This document shows positions 10,022 to 18,051 of a stretch of DNA of 43,352 nucleotides, one piece after another. The stretch covers positions 1 to 43,352 of the forward strand of contig DWVS01000020.1 in the NCBI GenBank assembly GCA_019120115.1. Direction: 5' to 3'. The position numbers and the translations under genes were made by a program. Every line of letters begins with the position of its first letter. The stretch's first letter is position 1. A model generated the notes under the pieces. The model did not search any database and was not told the DNA's origin. It worked only from the letters and a program-made list of their open reading frames with translations. The DNA is from Candidatus Eisenbergiella intestinigallinarum. Lineage in GTDB: Bacteria; Bacillota; Clostridia; Lachnospirales; Lachnospiraceae.

Positions 10022-10594
10022 TCAATGAACAAAGCCCGTGCTGCCGCTTCCCAGCTTGAACCAGGCCTCTCCCACAATATGATCCCGCAGCACCGGTCCG
10101 ATATTTCCGGACCTGCTGTCCTCACTGCTGTTGCAGTTGTCTCCCATCACAAAGTACTCATTGTCCCCCAGCCGGATCTCGTTTTCCGCGATTCCGGCGT
10201 CCGCAATCAGGTCGTACGCATCCTCTGTCGCCTCTCCGTTGATGTACAGCACGCCGTCCCTGATCTGCACCGTATCTCCCGGGCAGGCCACCACACGCTT
10301 CACATAATAATGGGTGTTCTGGTTTCCGTTCGGCAGAAACACGATCACATCTCCGGCTTTGGGATTCGCCAGCATATAGGCAAACCGGTTCACCAGAACC
10401 TCCTGCCCGTTCTCCAGCTCCGGCTCCATGGAGGTTCCAACCACCCCTGTCCGAAGGCCGAACAGATAGACGATCACCACGGCCAGAAATATGGAAATGA
10501 CAATTCCAAGGATATATTTCAGCACTTCGGCCAGGATGGCCGCGTTTACCTTCTTTCGCTTTCTGTAAAAGCTCAGCCCCTTATTTCTTCTCAT
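10022..10594 (-). CDS. lepB: Signal peptidase I (copy 2)
   Basis: VVGTSMEPEL, YVKRVVACPGD, GDNCNSSEDSR. Start placed at MRRNKGLSFY after GGAGGGAAGG. Confidence 0.9.
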   Translation of the reverse strand: MRRNKGLSFYRKRKKVNAAILAEVLKYILGIVISIFLAVVIVYLFGLRTGVVGTSMEPELENGQEVLVNRFAYMLANPKAGDVIVFLPNGNQNTHYYVKRVVACPGDTVQIRDGVLYINGEATEDAYDLIADAGIAENEIRLGDNEYFVMGDNCNSSEDSRSGNIGPVLRDHIVGEAWFKLGSGSTGFVH

Positions 10595-10637
10595 CCTTCC
10601 CTCCATTCGGGAATCTGTCCTTTTCCGGCTGTTTTCC

Positions 10638-10666
10638 ATTCTACCATGCCGGCAGGAAGGTTTCAA
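10638..10666 (-). promoter_or_regulatory. Sigma-A-type promoter for the lepB-rbgA-lepB-rnhB operon
   Basis: TTGAAA-17 nt-TAGAAT with TG extension on the minus strand. Confidence 0.6.
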
Positions 10667-10742
10667 TCAAAGATTCCTCATTCCGTTCATCCATCCGTCC
10701 CGACCAGACGGATTCGGTGTGAACTGCCGCCTGTGTTAGACA

Positions 10743-10776
10743 AAGGAAAAGGGCAGTCCAGCTCCGGACTGCCCCT
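10743..10776 (-). terminator. Intrinsic terminator after rplS
   Basis: Minus strand GGGCAGTCC-ggagct-GGACTGCCC-TTTTCCTTT. Confidence 0.75.
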
Positions 10777-10790
10777 CATGCCGTTTCCAA

Positions 10791-11138
10791 TTATTTTACT
10801 AGCTCTTTTACCTTGGCCTTCTTGCCCACTCTGTTTCTCAGGTAGTTCAGCTTTGCGCGTCTTACCTTACCCTTTCTGACAAGTTCAACCTTCTCCACGT
10901 TAGGGGAATGTACAGGCCAGGTCTTCTCAACGCCTACACCGTTGGAGGTCTTTCTCACGGTGAAGGTGGCTCTGCTTCCGCCGCCCTGTACCTTGAGCAC
11001 AACGCCCTCGAATACCTGGATTCTTTCACGGTTTCCTTCCTTGATCTTTCCGTATACCTTAACGGTATCGCCTACGTTGATGACGGGAACCTCTTTCTTG
11101 AGCTGTTCCTCTTCGATCGCCTTAATGATCTCGTTCAT
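10791..11138 (-). CDS. rplS: 50S ribosomal protein L19
   Basis: [24 protein letters not shown]...FTVRK.S.GVGVEK.WP.HSP....[12 protein letters not shown]. True start is MNEIIK at 11138 after GGAGG. Confidence 0.97.
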   Translation of the reverse strand: MNEIIKAIEEEQLKKEVPVINVGDTVKVYGKIKEGNRERIQVFEGVVLKVQGGGSRATFTVRKTSNGVGVEKTWPVHSPNVEKVELVRKGKVRRAKLNYLRNRVGKKAKVKELVK

Positions 11139-11160
11139 TGCTTTTCCTCCTGTTTTCATA

Positions 11161-11197
11161 GATGTTCTTAATACAATTCCTGTAACAGAGGACCATC
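11161..11197 (-). ncRNA. L19 ribosomal protein leader (cis-regulatory RNA)
   Basis: Minus strand GATGGTC-CTCTG...AA-GAACATC hairpin directly upstream of the rplS RBS. Resembles the Firmicutes L19_leader pattern as recalled. Confidence 0.65.
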
Positions 11198-11216
11198 TCA
11201 TTATCGCAACATTAGT

Positions 11217-11245
11217 ACTATACCACATCCCTGTCCGGGACGCAA
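11217..11245 (-). promoter_or_regulatory. Sigma-A-type promoter of rplS
   Basis: TTGCGT-17 nt-TATAGT with TG extension. Confidence 0.6.
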
Positions 11246-11311
11246 GAACAATTTCTTCGAAATTGTTCTCAAATAATTTCTTCGAAATTTTCTCAGGGAA
11301 TCGGGATTTCC

Positions 11312-12760
11312 TTAGGAAATCCAGTACAGCCTTCCCGGGGCCAGCTTCAGGCCCAGCTTCTTCTGAAGGCGCAGGGAGGGCTCGTTTCCATCGAAAATCT
11401 GGCAGAACGGCACCCAGCCCTTCTCCAGCTGCCGGGTGATCAGGCAGGTCTCCAGCGCTTCCCCCATCCCCCGGCGGCGGCAATCGGGAAGCACCTCCAG
11501 CATGCCCATGCTTCCCTCTGCATGTATGCCCGCAAAGGCGGCAAGCCTGCCATTTTCATCAATGCCGAACATCTCTCCCGCCTCAATGCGCTCCAACAGA
11601 TACGTTCTGGAATGAACCGCATGATAGCTTTCATACACCGCGTCCACATCCTGCGGCACAAGCGGGCGTATCCGGAAATCCGCCGTACAGGCCGGGGGAC
11701 GTTTTCTGGTATACACAGCCTGTATGCACTCATTCACCAGATTCCGGTGAAAACGGCGGGCGATGCTGTCCCGGAGGAAATCCTGATGCACCAGAAAAAG
11801 CAGATCCTTTTCTTCCCGCGGAATTTCAGAAAGAAGCCGCTCTCCCATGTCCTCGTCGGAAGCGGAAAGCATCCAGGCTCCGCTGGGCCTGTCATGGAGC
11901 AGAACTCCGCTTTTCTCTGCGCGGATCACATCCGCCTGGCCTCTTCTTATGACCTCCAGCATGTCCGTATGGCTCAGCCGGTCCTTTGACAGATAGGAAA
12001 CAGCCCTGTCCGTCCGGCTGTATGCCTCGTACAGTTCCGGCCGCCTCTGCCTGGTTCGCTCCTCGGACTGTTCCAGCCGCCATTTTTCCACTTTGCTGTG
12101 ATCTCCGGAAAGAAGGACGGGCGGCACCGGACGGTCATGCCAGATTTCCGGTCTGGTATACTGGGGATATTCCAGAAGACCGTCCTGAAAGGACTCCGTT
12201 TCCGCCGATTCCTCGTTTTTCAGGACACCTGGCACCATGCGGGAGACGGCATCGATCATCACCATGGCCGGAAGCTCTCCTCCGGTCAGTACGTAATCCC
12301 CGATGGAAACATAATCTGTAACGACTTCCTCCAGCACCCTCTCGTCAATCCCTTCATAATGGCCGCAGAGAAAGATCAGATCCTCCTCGCGGGCAAGCTC
12401 CCCGGCCATCTGCTGGGTAAAAACGGTTCCCTGAGGGGTCACGTAAATGACACGCAGCCGGGGCAGCTCCCCTTTTTCACCCGCCGCATCAGGAATTGGT
12501 GAGCCTTCTTTTGCCCTCCGCATGGCGATCCGCTCCTTCACGGCCGCACAGGCATCGTAAACGGGCTGAGCCTGCATCAGCATGCCTGCTCCGCCTCCGT
12601 ATGGATAATCGTCCACCTTCTTGTGTTTATTCTCCGTATAGTCCCGGATGTTCACCGCTTCCAGCTCAATACAACCCTTTTTGGCCGCACGTCCCAGAAT
12701 GCTCTCCGACAGCCCCTGTGATACCATCTCCGGGAACAGGGTCAGAACATGAAAATGCAT
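11312..12760 (-). CDS. trmD: tRNA (guanine37-N1)-methyltransferase TrmD fused to a C-terminal GNAT acetyltransferase
   Basis: TrmD motifs [50 protein letters not shown]. The frame continues without a stop for about 235 aa, including GNAT motif [14 protein letters not shown] and N..S..L.KKLG. ATG 12760 follows GGAGG. Confidence 0.93.
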   Translation of the reverse strand: MHFHVLTLFPEMVSQGLSESILGRAAKKGCIELEAVNIRDYTENKHKKVDDYPYGGGAGMLMQAQPVYDACAAVKERIAMRRAKEGSPIPDAAGEKGELPRLRVIYVTPQGTVFTQQMAGELAREEDLIFLCGHYEGIDERVLEEVVTDYVSIGDYVLTGGELPAMVMIDAVSRMVPGVLKNEESAETESFQDGLLEYPQYTRPEIWHDRPVPPVLLSGDHSKVEKWRLEQSEERTRQRRPELYEAYSRTDRAVSYLSKDRLSHTDMLEVIRRGQADVIRAEKSGVLLHDRPSGAWMLSASDEDMGERLLSEIPREEKDLLFLVHQDFLRDSIARRFHRNLVNECIQAVYTRKRPPACTADFRIRPLVPQDVDAVYESYHAVHSRTYLLERIEAGEMFGIDENGRLAAFAGIHAEGSMGMLEVLPDCRRRGMGEALETCLITRQLEKGWVPFCQIFDGNEPSLRLQKKLGLKLAPGRLYWIS

Positions 12761-12774
12761 CGCACCAGCGCCTC

Positions 12775-13281
12775 CTACAACAATCCGTCCAGAAGATGCA
12801 CCCGCATCCATCCCTCTTCCACATTCACCTCAAGAATACATTCCCGGATTGCGGGAATCAGAAGCTGCCGTCCATCGGCAAGCCGCACGTCATAAACATC
12901 GTTCGCACCGGTCGAAATCACGTCCTGCAGGATTCCAAGCCCGCTTCCGTCCTCATTCTCCACCTGCATACCGATCAGATCCGCGATGAAATATTCATTC
13001 CGCTTCAGCCTTACGGCGTTTTCCCGGGTCACATAGAGCGTTCCTCTCCGGAGCCGTTCCACATCGTTGATATCGTCAAGCCCCTGAAATTTGAGGATAA
13101 CCATCTGCTTAAAAAATTTCACGCCTTCGATCTTAAGGACGCGTTCCTCTTTTCCGGTATCCAGAATCACTTCCTTCAGCCGCCTAAACCGGTTCGGATC
13201 ATCCGTTGTGGGAAAGACCTTCACTTCCCCTTTCAGCCCGTGCGTTGCCGTGATCACGCCGACCTGCAGTCTCTGTTCCAT
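12775..13281 (-). CDS. rimM: 16S rRNA processing protein RimM
   Basis: VG.I...HGLKGEVKV.P.TDDP.RF, EYFIADLIG, TGANDVY, LIPAI. Start MEQRL at 13281. Confidence 0.95.
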   Translation of the reverse strand: MEQRLQVGVITATHGLKGEVKVFPTTDDPNRFRRLKEVILDTGKEERVLKIEGVKFFKQMVILKFQGLDDINDVERLRRGTLYVTRENAVRLKRNEYFIADLIGMQVENEDGSGLGILQDVISTGANDVYDVRLADGRQLLIPAIRECILEVNVEEGWMRVHLLDGLL

Positions 13282-13351
13282 CCTCTGTCCTGCCTTTCTT
13301 TTTCTGATAAAAACAGCGGGCAGCCCCCTTACGGGTGCGCCCGCCGGAAAG

Positions 13352-13579
13352 TCAGATGATTTCCACATCCACCTGTTTCTTTTCTCCCAATGCAGCCGCC
13401 TTTACGACCGCACGGATTGCCTTGGCGATCCGGCCCTGCTTGCCGATCACCTTGCCCATATCGGAGGGCGCAACGTGAAGCTCGATCGTCAGATTCCTGC
13501 CGTTCTCCTTTTCCGTAACGACCACTTCCTCAGGGTTGTCAACAAGCGCTTTTGCGATCACTTCAACCAGTTCTTTCAT
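13352..13579 (-). CDS. khpA: KH-domain RNA-binding protein KhpA (YlqC)
   Basis: MKELVE.IAKALVD.P, DMGKVIGKQGRIAKAIR. Position between rpsP and rimM. Confidence 0.94.
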   Translation of the reverse strand: MKELVEVIAKALVDNPEEVVVTEKENGRNLTIELHVAPSDMGKVIGKQGRIAKAIRAVVKAAALGEKKQVDVEII

Positions 13580-13624
13580 GGCTCCTCCTCCGCTTCCATC
13601 ACAGGCGTCAGGTCTGAGAGATCC

Positions 13625-13870
13625 TTATTTCTCGATCCCGGCCGCCTTGAAAATCTTGCTTACTACATCAGTAGGCTGTGCGCCGTTGTTGAGCCACTTC
13701 TTTGCAAGCTCTTCGTTTACCTTGAACTCGCTGGGATTCTTGGTGGGATCATAGGTGCCGATCTCCTCGATGAATCTTCCATCTCTGGGGGATCTGGAAT
13801 CCGCAACAATGATTCTGTAGAAAGGAGCCTTCTTCTGTCCCATTCTTCTTAATCTGATCTTTACTGCCAT
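13625..13870 (-). CDS. rpsP: 30S ribosomal protein S16
   Basis: [42 protein letters not shown]. Confidence 0.98.
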   Translation of the reverse strand: MAVKIRLRRMGQKKAPFYRIIVADSRSPRDGRFIEEIGTYDPTKNPSEFKVNEELAKKWLNNGAQPTDVVSKIFKAAGIEK

Positions 13871-13906
13871 TTTTTCATACCTCCAAAATTCTTTTGAAAT
13901 TATCTA

Positions 13907-15265
13907 TTAAAAAGGAAGCCGAAACTTACCCTTTTTACCAATGCCGCCCATGCCTCCCATCATGCCGGGAAGCTGTTTCATCATCTTCTGGCTCTGCTCG
14001 AACTGCTTGATAAAGCGGTTCACAACACTGATGTCCACGCCCGAGCCCTTCGCGATCCTGTGCTTTCTGCTGGGATTTAAGAGCTTCGGGTTACGCCGCT
14101 CCTGCGGCGTCATGGAAAGAACAATCGCTTCCATACGGGCCAGCTGTTTCTCATCCACCATGGATTCCAGCTGTGCGCTCTTTGCGCCAAGTCCGGGCAT
14201 CATGCTCAAAATGGAAGAAAGGCCGCCCATGTTGCGCATCTGCTTCATGCTCTCCAGATAGTCGTCGAAATCGAATTTGCCCTTCTTCATCCGGCCGGCC
14301 ATCTCTTTTCCCTTTTCCTCGTCCAGGTCCAGATTCGCCTGCGCTTTGTCGATCAGGGAAAGCACGTCGCCCATGCCAAGGATTCTTCCCGCCATCCGGT
14401 CCGGGTAGAACTGTTCCAGATCGGAAAGCTTCTCGCCCATACCCACATACAGAATGGGCTTACCGGTGACCGCCTTTACGGAAAGCGCCGCGCCGCCGCG
14501 GGTGTCTCCGTCCATCTTGGAGAGGATCACGCCGTCCACGCCCACCTTTTCATCGAATTCCTTCGCCACGTTCACCGCATCCTGACCGGTCATGGCGTCC
14601 ACCACCAGAAGGGTCTGATGCACGGTGATATTTTCCTTGATCTCGATCAGCTCCTGCATCATCTCTTCATCGATGTGCAGACGGCCCGCCGTATCCAGAA
14701 TCACCACGTTGTTGCCGTTCTTCGCCGCATGCTCCATGGCTGCCTTCGCAATGTCCAGCGGCCTGTGGTTTGTACCCATGGAAAAGAAATCCACATCCTG
14801 CTTCTTCGCGTTGATTTCCAGCTGTTCAATGGCCGCCGGACGGTAAATGTCGCAGGCAACCAGAAGGGATTTCTTTCCCTTCAGCTTGAACTTTCCGGCC
14901 AGCTTCGCCGCCGTGGTGGTCTTACCTGCACCCTGAAGACCGCACATCATGATCACGGTGGTTGCCTTGCCGGGCTGCATCTGAATCTCCGTCGTCTCGG
15001 AGCCCATCAGAGCGGTCATTTCCTCATTGACGATCTTGATCACCATCTGCCCCGGATTCAGGCCGTTCATCACGTCCGCGCCGATGGCGCGTTCCTCCAC
15101 GGATTTGACAAACTGCTTCACCACACGGAAGTTCACGTCCGCTTCCAGAAGCGCCATCTTCACTTCCTTCATGGCAGCCTTCACGTCGCTTTCCGTCAGT
15201 CTTCCCTTGCCGCGCAGGTTCCTGAATACATTCTGAAGTTTGTCGGTCAAGCTTTCAAATGCCAT
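13907..15265 (-). CDS. ffh: Signal recognition particle protein Ffh
   Basis: ALLEADV, GLQGAGKTT, DTAGR, DAMTGQDA, KMDGDTRGGAALS, Met-rich M domain. Confidence 0.98.
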   Translation of the reverse strand: MAFESLTDKLQNVFRNLRGKGRLTESDVKAAMKEVKMALLEADVNFRVVKQFVKSVEERAIGADVMNGLNPGQMVIKIVNEEMTALMGSETTEIQMQPGKATTVIMMCGLQGAGKTTTAAKLAGKFKLKGKKSLLVACDIYRPAAIEQLEINAKKQDVDFFSMGTNHRPLDIAKAAMEHAAKNGNNVVILDTAGRLHIDEEMMQELIEIKENITVHQTLLVVDAMTGQDAVNVAKEFDEKVGVDGVILSKMDGDTRGGAALSVKAVTGKPILYVGMGEKLSDLEQFYPDRMAGRILGMGDVLSLIDKAQANLDLDEEKGKEMAGRMKKGKFDFDDYLESMKQMRNMGGLSSILSMMPGLGAKSAQLESMVDEKQLARMEAIVLSMTPQERRNPKLLNPSRKHRIAKGSGVDISVVNRFIKQFEQSQKMMKQLPGMMGGMGGIGKKGKFRLPF

Positions 15266-15281
15266 ACATTTTCCTTTTCAG

Positions 15282-15596
15282 TTACAGTTCCTCAATGATC
15301 TCTTCGGTCAACCGCCGGACTTCCTCATCATCGCAGAGCTGCCGGATCCGTTCCAGCTTCTGCCGGATCTGGCCGAAGCGCTGCATCAGGTGGAGCTTGC
15401 TCTCATATTCTTCAAGCGTTCTGTCGCACCGTTTGATCAGATCGTGGACACCCTGTCTGCTGATGCCCGCCTCCTGCGCGATCTCGCTTAAGGAAAGGTC
15501 GTTGAATACCGCGTCCTCATAGATTCTCCGCTGATGAGGCGTCAGCAGTTCGCCGTAGAAATCATACAGCAGGCCCTGCTCTACAATTTTTTCCAT
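15282..15596 (-). CDS. ylxM: YlxM family HTH protein
   Basis: LLYDFYGELLT..Q......DLSLSEIA...GISRQGVHD.IKR....LE.YE.KL. Immediately upstream of ffh. Confidence 0.94.
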   Translation of the reverse strand: MEKIVEQGLLYDFYGELLTPHQRRIYEDAVFNDLSLSEIAQEAGISRQGVHDLIKRCDRTLEEYESKLHLMQRFGQIRQKLERIRQLCDDEEVRRLTEEIIEEL

Positions 15597-15683
15597 GTTT
15601 TCCTCCATGCCGAAGCGTTTTGCGCCAGGGCACGCGTCAGACAAACGCGGCGCACCATACGCATTCCGCGCGCCGCCTGATGT

Positions 15684-15712
15684 ATCATACTATAGATGGG
15701 GATGGGTGTCAA
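15684..15712 (-). promoter_or_regulatory. Sigma-A promoter of ylxM-ffh-rpsP
   Basis: TTGACA (15712-15707)-17 nt-TATGAT (15689-15684). Confidence 0.8.
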
Positions 15713-15800
15713 GTATTTTTTCTTTACAGTGTTGGTTTCGTGTTACTACTCAGCCAGGTCTGCGCATTCACTGCGCGGACTGTGCGAAAACGATACGGCT

Positions 15801-15884
15801 GGAAGCATCCCGACTCCTGTATAGCGCAAGCGCTTCCTCCGCAGTCATTTTTGCAGAAGCAGCAATCACAAAGTACCCGCACAG
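15801..15884 (-). pseudogene. Short DDE transposase remnant (IS1634/IS4-like)
   Basis: Manual translation LCGYFVIAASAKMTAEEALALYRSRDAS resembles the 'GYF.I.TS...T..EAL.LY..R...E' segment of IS1634-like transposases. It is not part of any full ORF. Confidence 0.6.
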
Positions 15885-15951
15885 CCGTTTGATATGATAA
15901 TAAAAACAGCTACGGAAGATGTTATGCTGCAAGGTTATTAACCGCTTACAT

Positions 15952-16926
15952 CTATATTATTCTGTCCAATCCTGTCCTGGCCAGAAACGCCTCCACAGTA
16001 TCCGCCTCAATCGCCGTTCTTAACCAGACTTCCAGAAGAGAAACTTCTTTTTCCTCAAAAATACGCTCTTTCAGCTGTTCCGATACAGTCCCCTTCATTT
16101 CCAGTGCCACTATTACAGACTTCGCTCTTCCTTCTGCTCTTCCTTCTGCTCTTCCTTCTTCCCTTCCTTTTTTTACCCCGCTTCTGTATTCCGCCCGGCC
16201 AAACTTCTTCAGTTCCTCTTCCTCGTTATACTCGAAAATTGACACAGCAACCACCTCCGCTCTCTGGCTTCTCAGGAAATCCGCCAGGATCCCTTCCGCG
16301 ATACATTCCGTTACCGCCCTGTCCACTGCTTCTTCAATCGCTGTCTTTCCTGCTGCATACCGCCTGATGCGGCTCACAAACTCACTGTATTCCCGCAGCG
16401 TCCGGCACCTTTTCATCAGTTCCTCATTATGGCCCTGATTGATGTTCAGAAAATGTACCTTCAGTTCCAGCTCAGGCTCTTTCTTTTCCTGTTGGCTCCC
16501 TTTTCTTTCTTCAAACGCATCTGACAGCTTTAAAATAACATCCTCCGACGCGTCAGAACTTCCATTATAAAAGACTACAAAATGGGGAGCCGGTATCCTT
16601 ACCAGTGTGGATGCGTACAGCGATTCCCTGTTCACATATTTTTCCAGAAGCCGCGTAATATAAATCAGATCCCGCAGAGGCATGTTCGGATTCCAGGTGG
16701 ATTGATGCTCGTACAGCATCATCTCCGCATCCAGAAGAAAAGAAACGTCATTCTTCATATTCATATAGATGGCGTTCTCCAGGGTGGTGACCTCAAGCCG
16801 CTCCGGGTCCTGGTAATCCGTTCCGTTCAGCGCATTGTACAGCGAAAGCAGCTCCTCCTTTCTGCTGTACAGCATCCGGAAAACGGAATCCTTATACGTT
16901 CTTTTTGTCTGCAACGTTTCATTCAT
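15952..16926 (-). CDS. Rpn/YhgA-like PD-(D/E)XK nuclease family protein
   Basis: YKDSVFRMLY, NDVSF...LYEHQST.NPNMPLR, FVVFYNG, C-terminal G.EEGRAEGRAEG repeats. ATG 16926 follows GAAAGGAG. Confidence 0.8.
   Translation of the reverse strand: MNETLQTKRTYKDSVFRMLYSRKEELLSLYNALNGTDYQDPERLEVTTLENAIYMNMKNDVSFLLDAEMMLYEHQSTWNPNMPLRDLIYITRLLEKYVNRESLYASTLVRIPAPHFVVFYNGSSDASEDVILKLSDAFEERKGSQQEKKEPELELKVHFLNINQGHNEELMKRCRTLREYSEFVSRIRRYAAGKTAIEEAVDRAVTECIAEGILADFLRSQRAEVVAVSIFEYNEEEELKKFGRAEYRSGVKKGREEGRAEGRAEGRAKSVIVALEMKGTVSEQLKERIFEEKEVSLLEVWLRTAIEADTVEAFLARTGLDRII
16124..16159. repeat. 12-bp tandem repeat x3 (GCTCTTCCTTCT) encoding EGRA repeats
   Basis: Three exact copies at 16124, 16136 and 16148. 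Confidence 0.9.
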
Positions 16927-17154
16927 GATAAGCTCCTTTCCCGCACAAATGGGAACACGGGCCGGTGCGCGGCACAGTCCCTGCGCATTGGCGGCAGGAG
17001 CGGCATCCTCTTTCTTCACTCCTGCCGTTTGTCTATGGGTTACAGCATTGGGAATTGAAAATCAGCATAGAGTTTCCGAAATGAATGTCAGAATGAACAG
17101 ATGGCGGAGACCCGCCAAAGCCGAACGGCTTCACAGAAATTTATGCCTGTTTAT

Positions 17155-17183
17155 ATTGTAGCATCCTGCGGGTCTGGACACAA
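17155..17183 (-). promoter_or_regulatory. Putative promoter of the Rpn-like gene
   Basis: TTGTGT-17 nt-TACAAT with TG extension, about 230 nt upstream of the ATG. Confidence 0.5.
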
Positions 17184-17427
17184 GAAAAAAATTCCGGTTT
17201 TCCGGTTTCGGAGTTGAACGGTCAGGCCGAGTTACTTTTCACGGATCGGGGAAAGCAACCGTTAATCAGGATACCTCACTCTCTCCAGCTTCTCAATCAT
17301 CTTATTCCATTTTAATGTTTCTTTAATCTTTCCCGGTTATGATACAGACATGAAAAGCAACAGGCCCGACATCATGGGCCGTCTGATATTCAACCACACA
17401 TCTTATTTTGAAAGGAAGGAAACAGAT

Positions 17428-18051
17428 ATGATGAAGATGACCAGAAAGAAAATGATAATGACCGCCTCCGCACTCGCGCTTGGCGCCCTGCTTTTTGCCG
17501 GAGGCGTCGCGCTTGCCGCTCCCTCCGGAAATTATATCGGCAGTGAAAAGGCGCAGCAGATCGCGCTGGAAAATGCAGGCCTTTCCGCCGACAGCGTAAC
17601 CTTTATCCGCACACACCTGGATTATGACGATGGCCGTGCGGAATACGAAGTGGAGTTCTACCAGAGAAATATGGAATACGACTACGACATCGACGCAGTG
17701 AGCGGAACCATTCTTTCCTATGATCATGACGCAGAATATTATGATGTTGAGCAGCATGCGTCCGGCACAGGCAACGGCTCCGGAAGCACCGTCGGAAGCG
17801 TTTCCTCCAATACGGGAACGGCATCAGCCGCCGGAACGGAGTATATTACGGCAGAGGCCGCAAAGCAGGCCGCCCTGCAGCATGCAGGGGTTTCGGAGAG
17901 CGATACCCGCCGTATGGAAACCGGGTTTGATTATGAGCATGGAATGGCCGTATACGAAATTGAGTGGAAGATGGGCTGGACGGAGTATTCCTATGAAATC
18001 AACGCTTCCACCGGGGAAGTGGTGAGTTATGAGATGGATTATGATGACTGA
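17428..18051 (+). CDS. Secreted protein with two PepSY domains
   Basis: Signal peptide (MMKMTRKK...ALA). Two repeats of YI..E.A.Q.AL..AG........(L/F)DY..G.A.YE.E......EY.Y.I.A..G.(I/V).SY joined by a G/S/T-rich linker. RBS GAAAGGAAGG. Confidence 0.88.
   Translation: MMKMTRKKMIMTASALALGALLFAGGVALAAPSGNYIGSEKAQQIALENAGLSADSVTFIRTHLDYDDGRAEYEVEFYQRNMEYDYDIDAVSGTILSYDHDAEYYDVEQHASGTGNGSGSTVGSVSSNTGTASAAGTEYITAEAAKQAALQHAGVSESDTRRMETGFDYEHGMAVYEIEWKMGWTEYSYEINASTGEVVSYEMDYDD

Noticed and set aside
11139-11483. Apparent 115-aa N-terminal extension of L19 in the ORF track
   Set aside because: It runs through trmD, the promoter and the L19 leader. The true start with GGAGG is at 11138.
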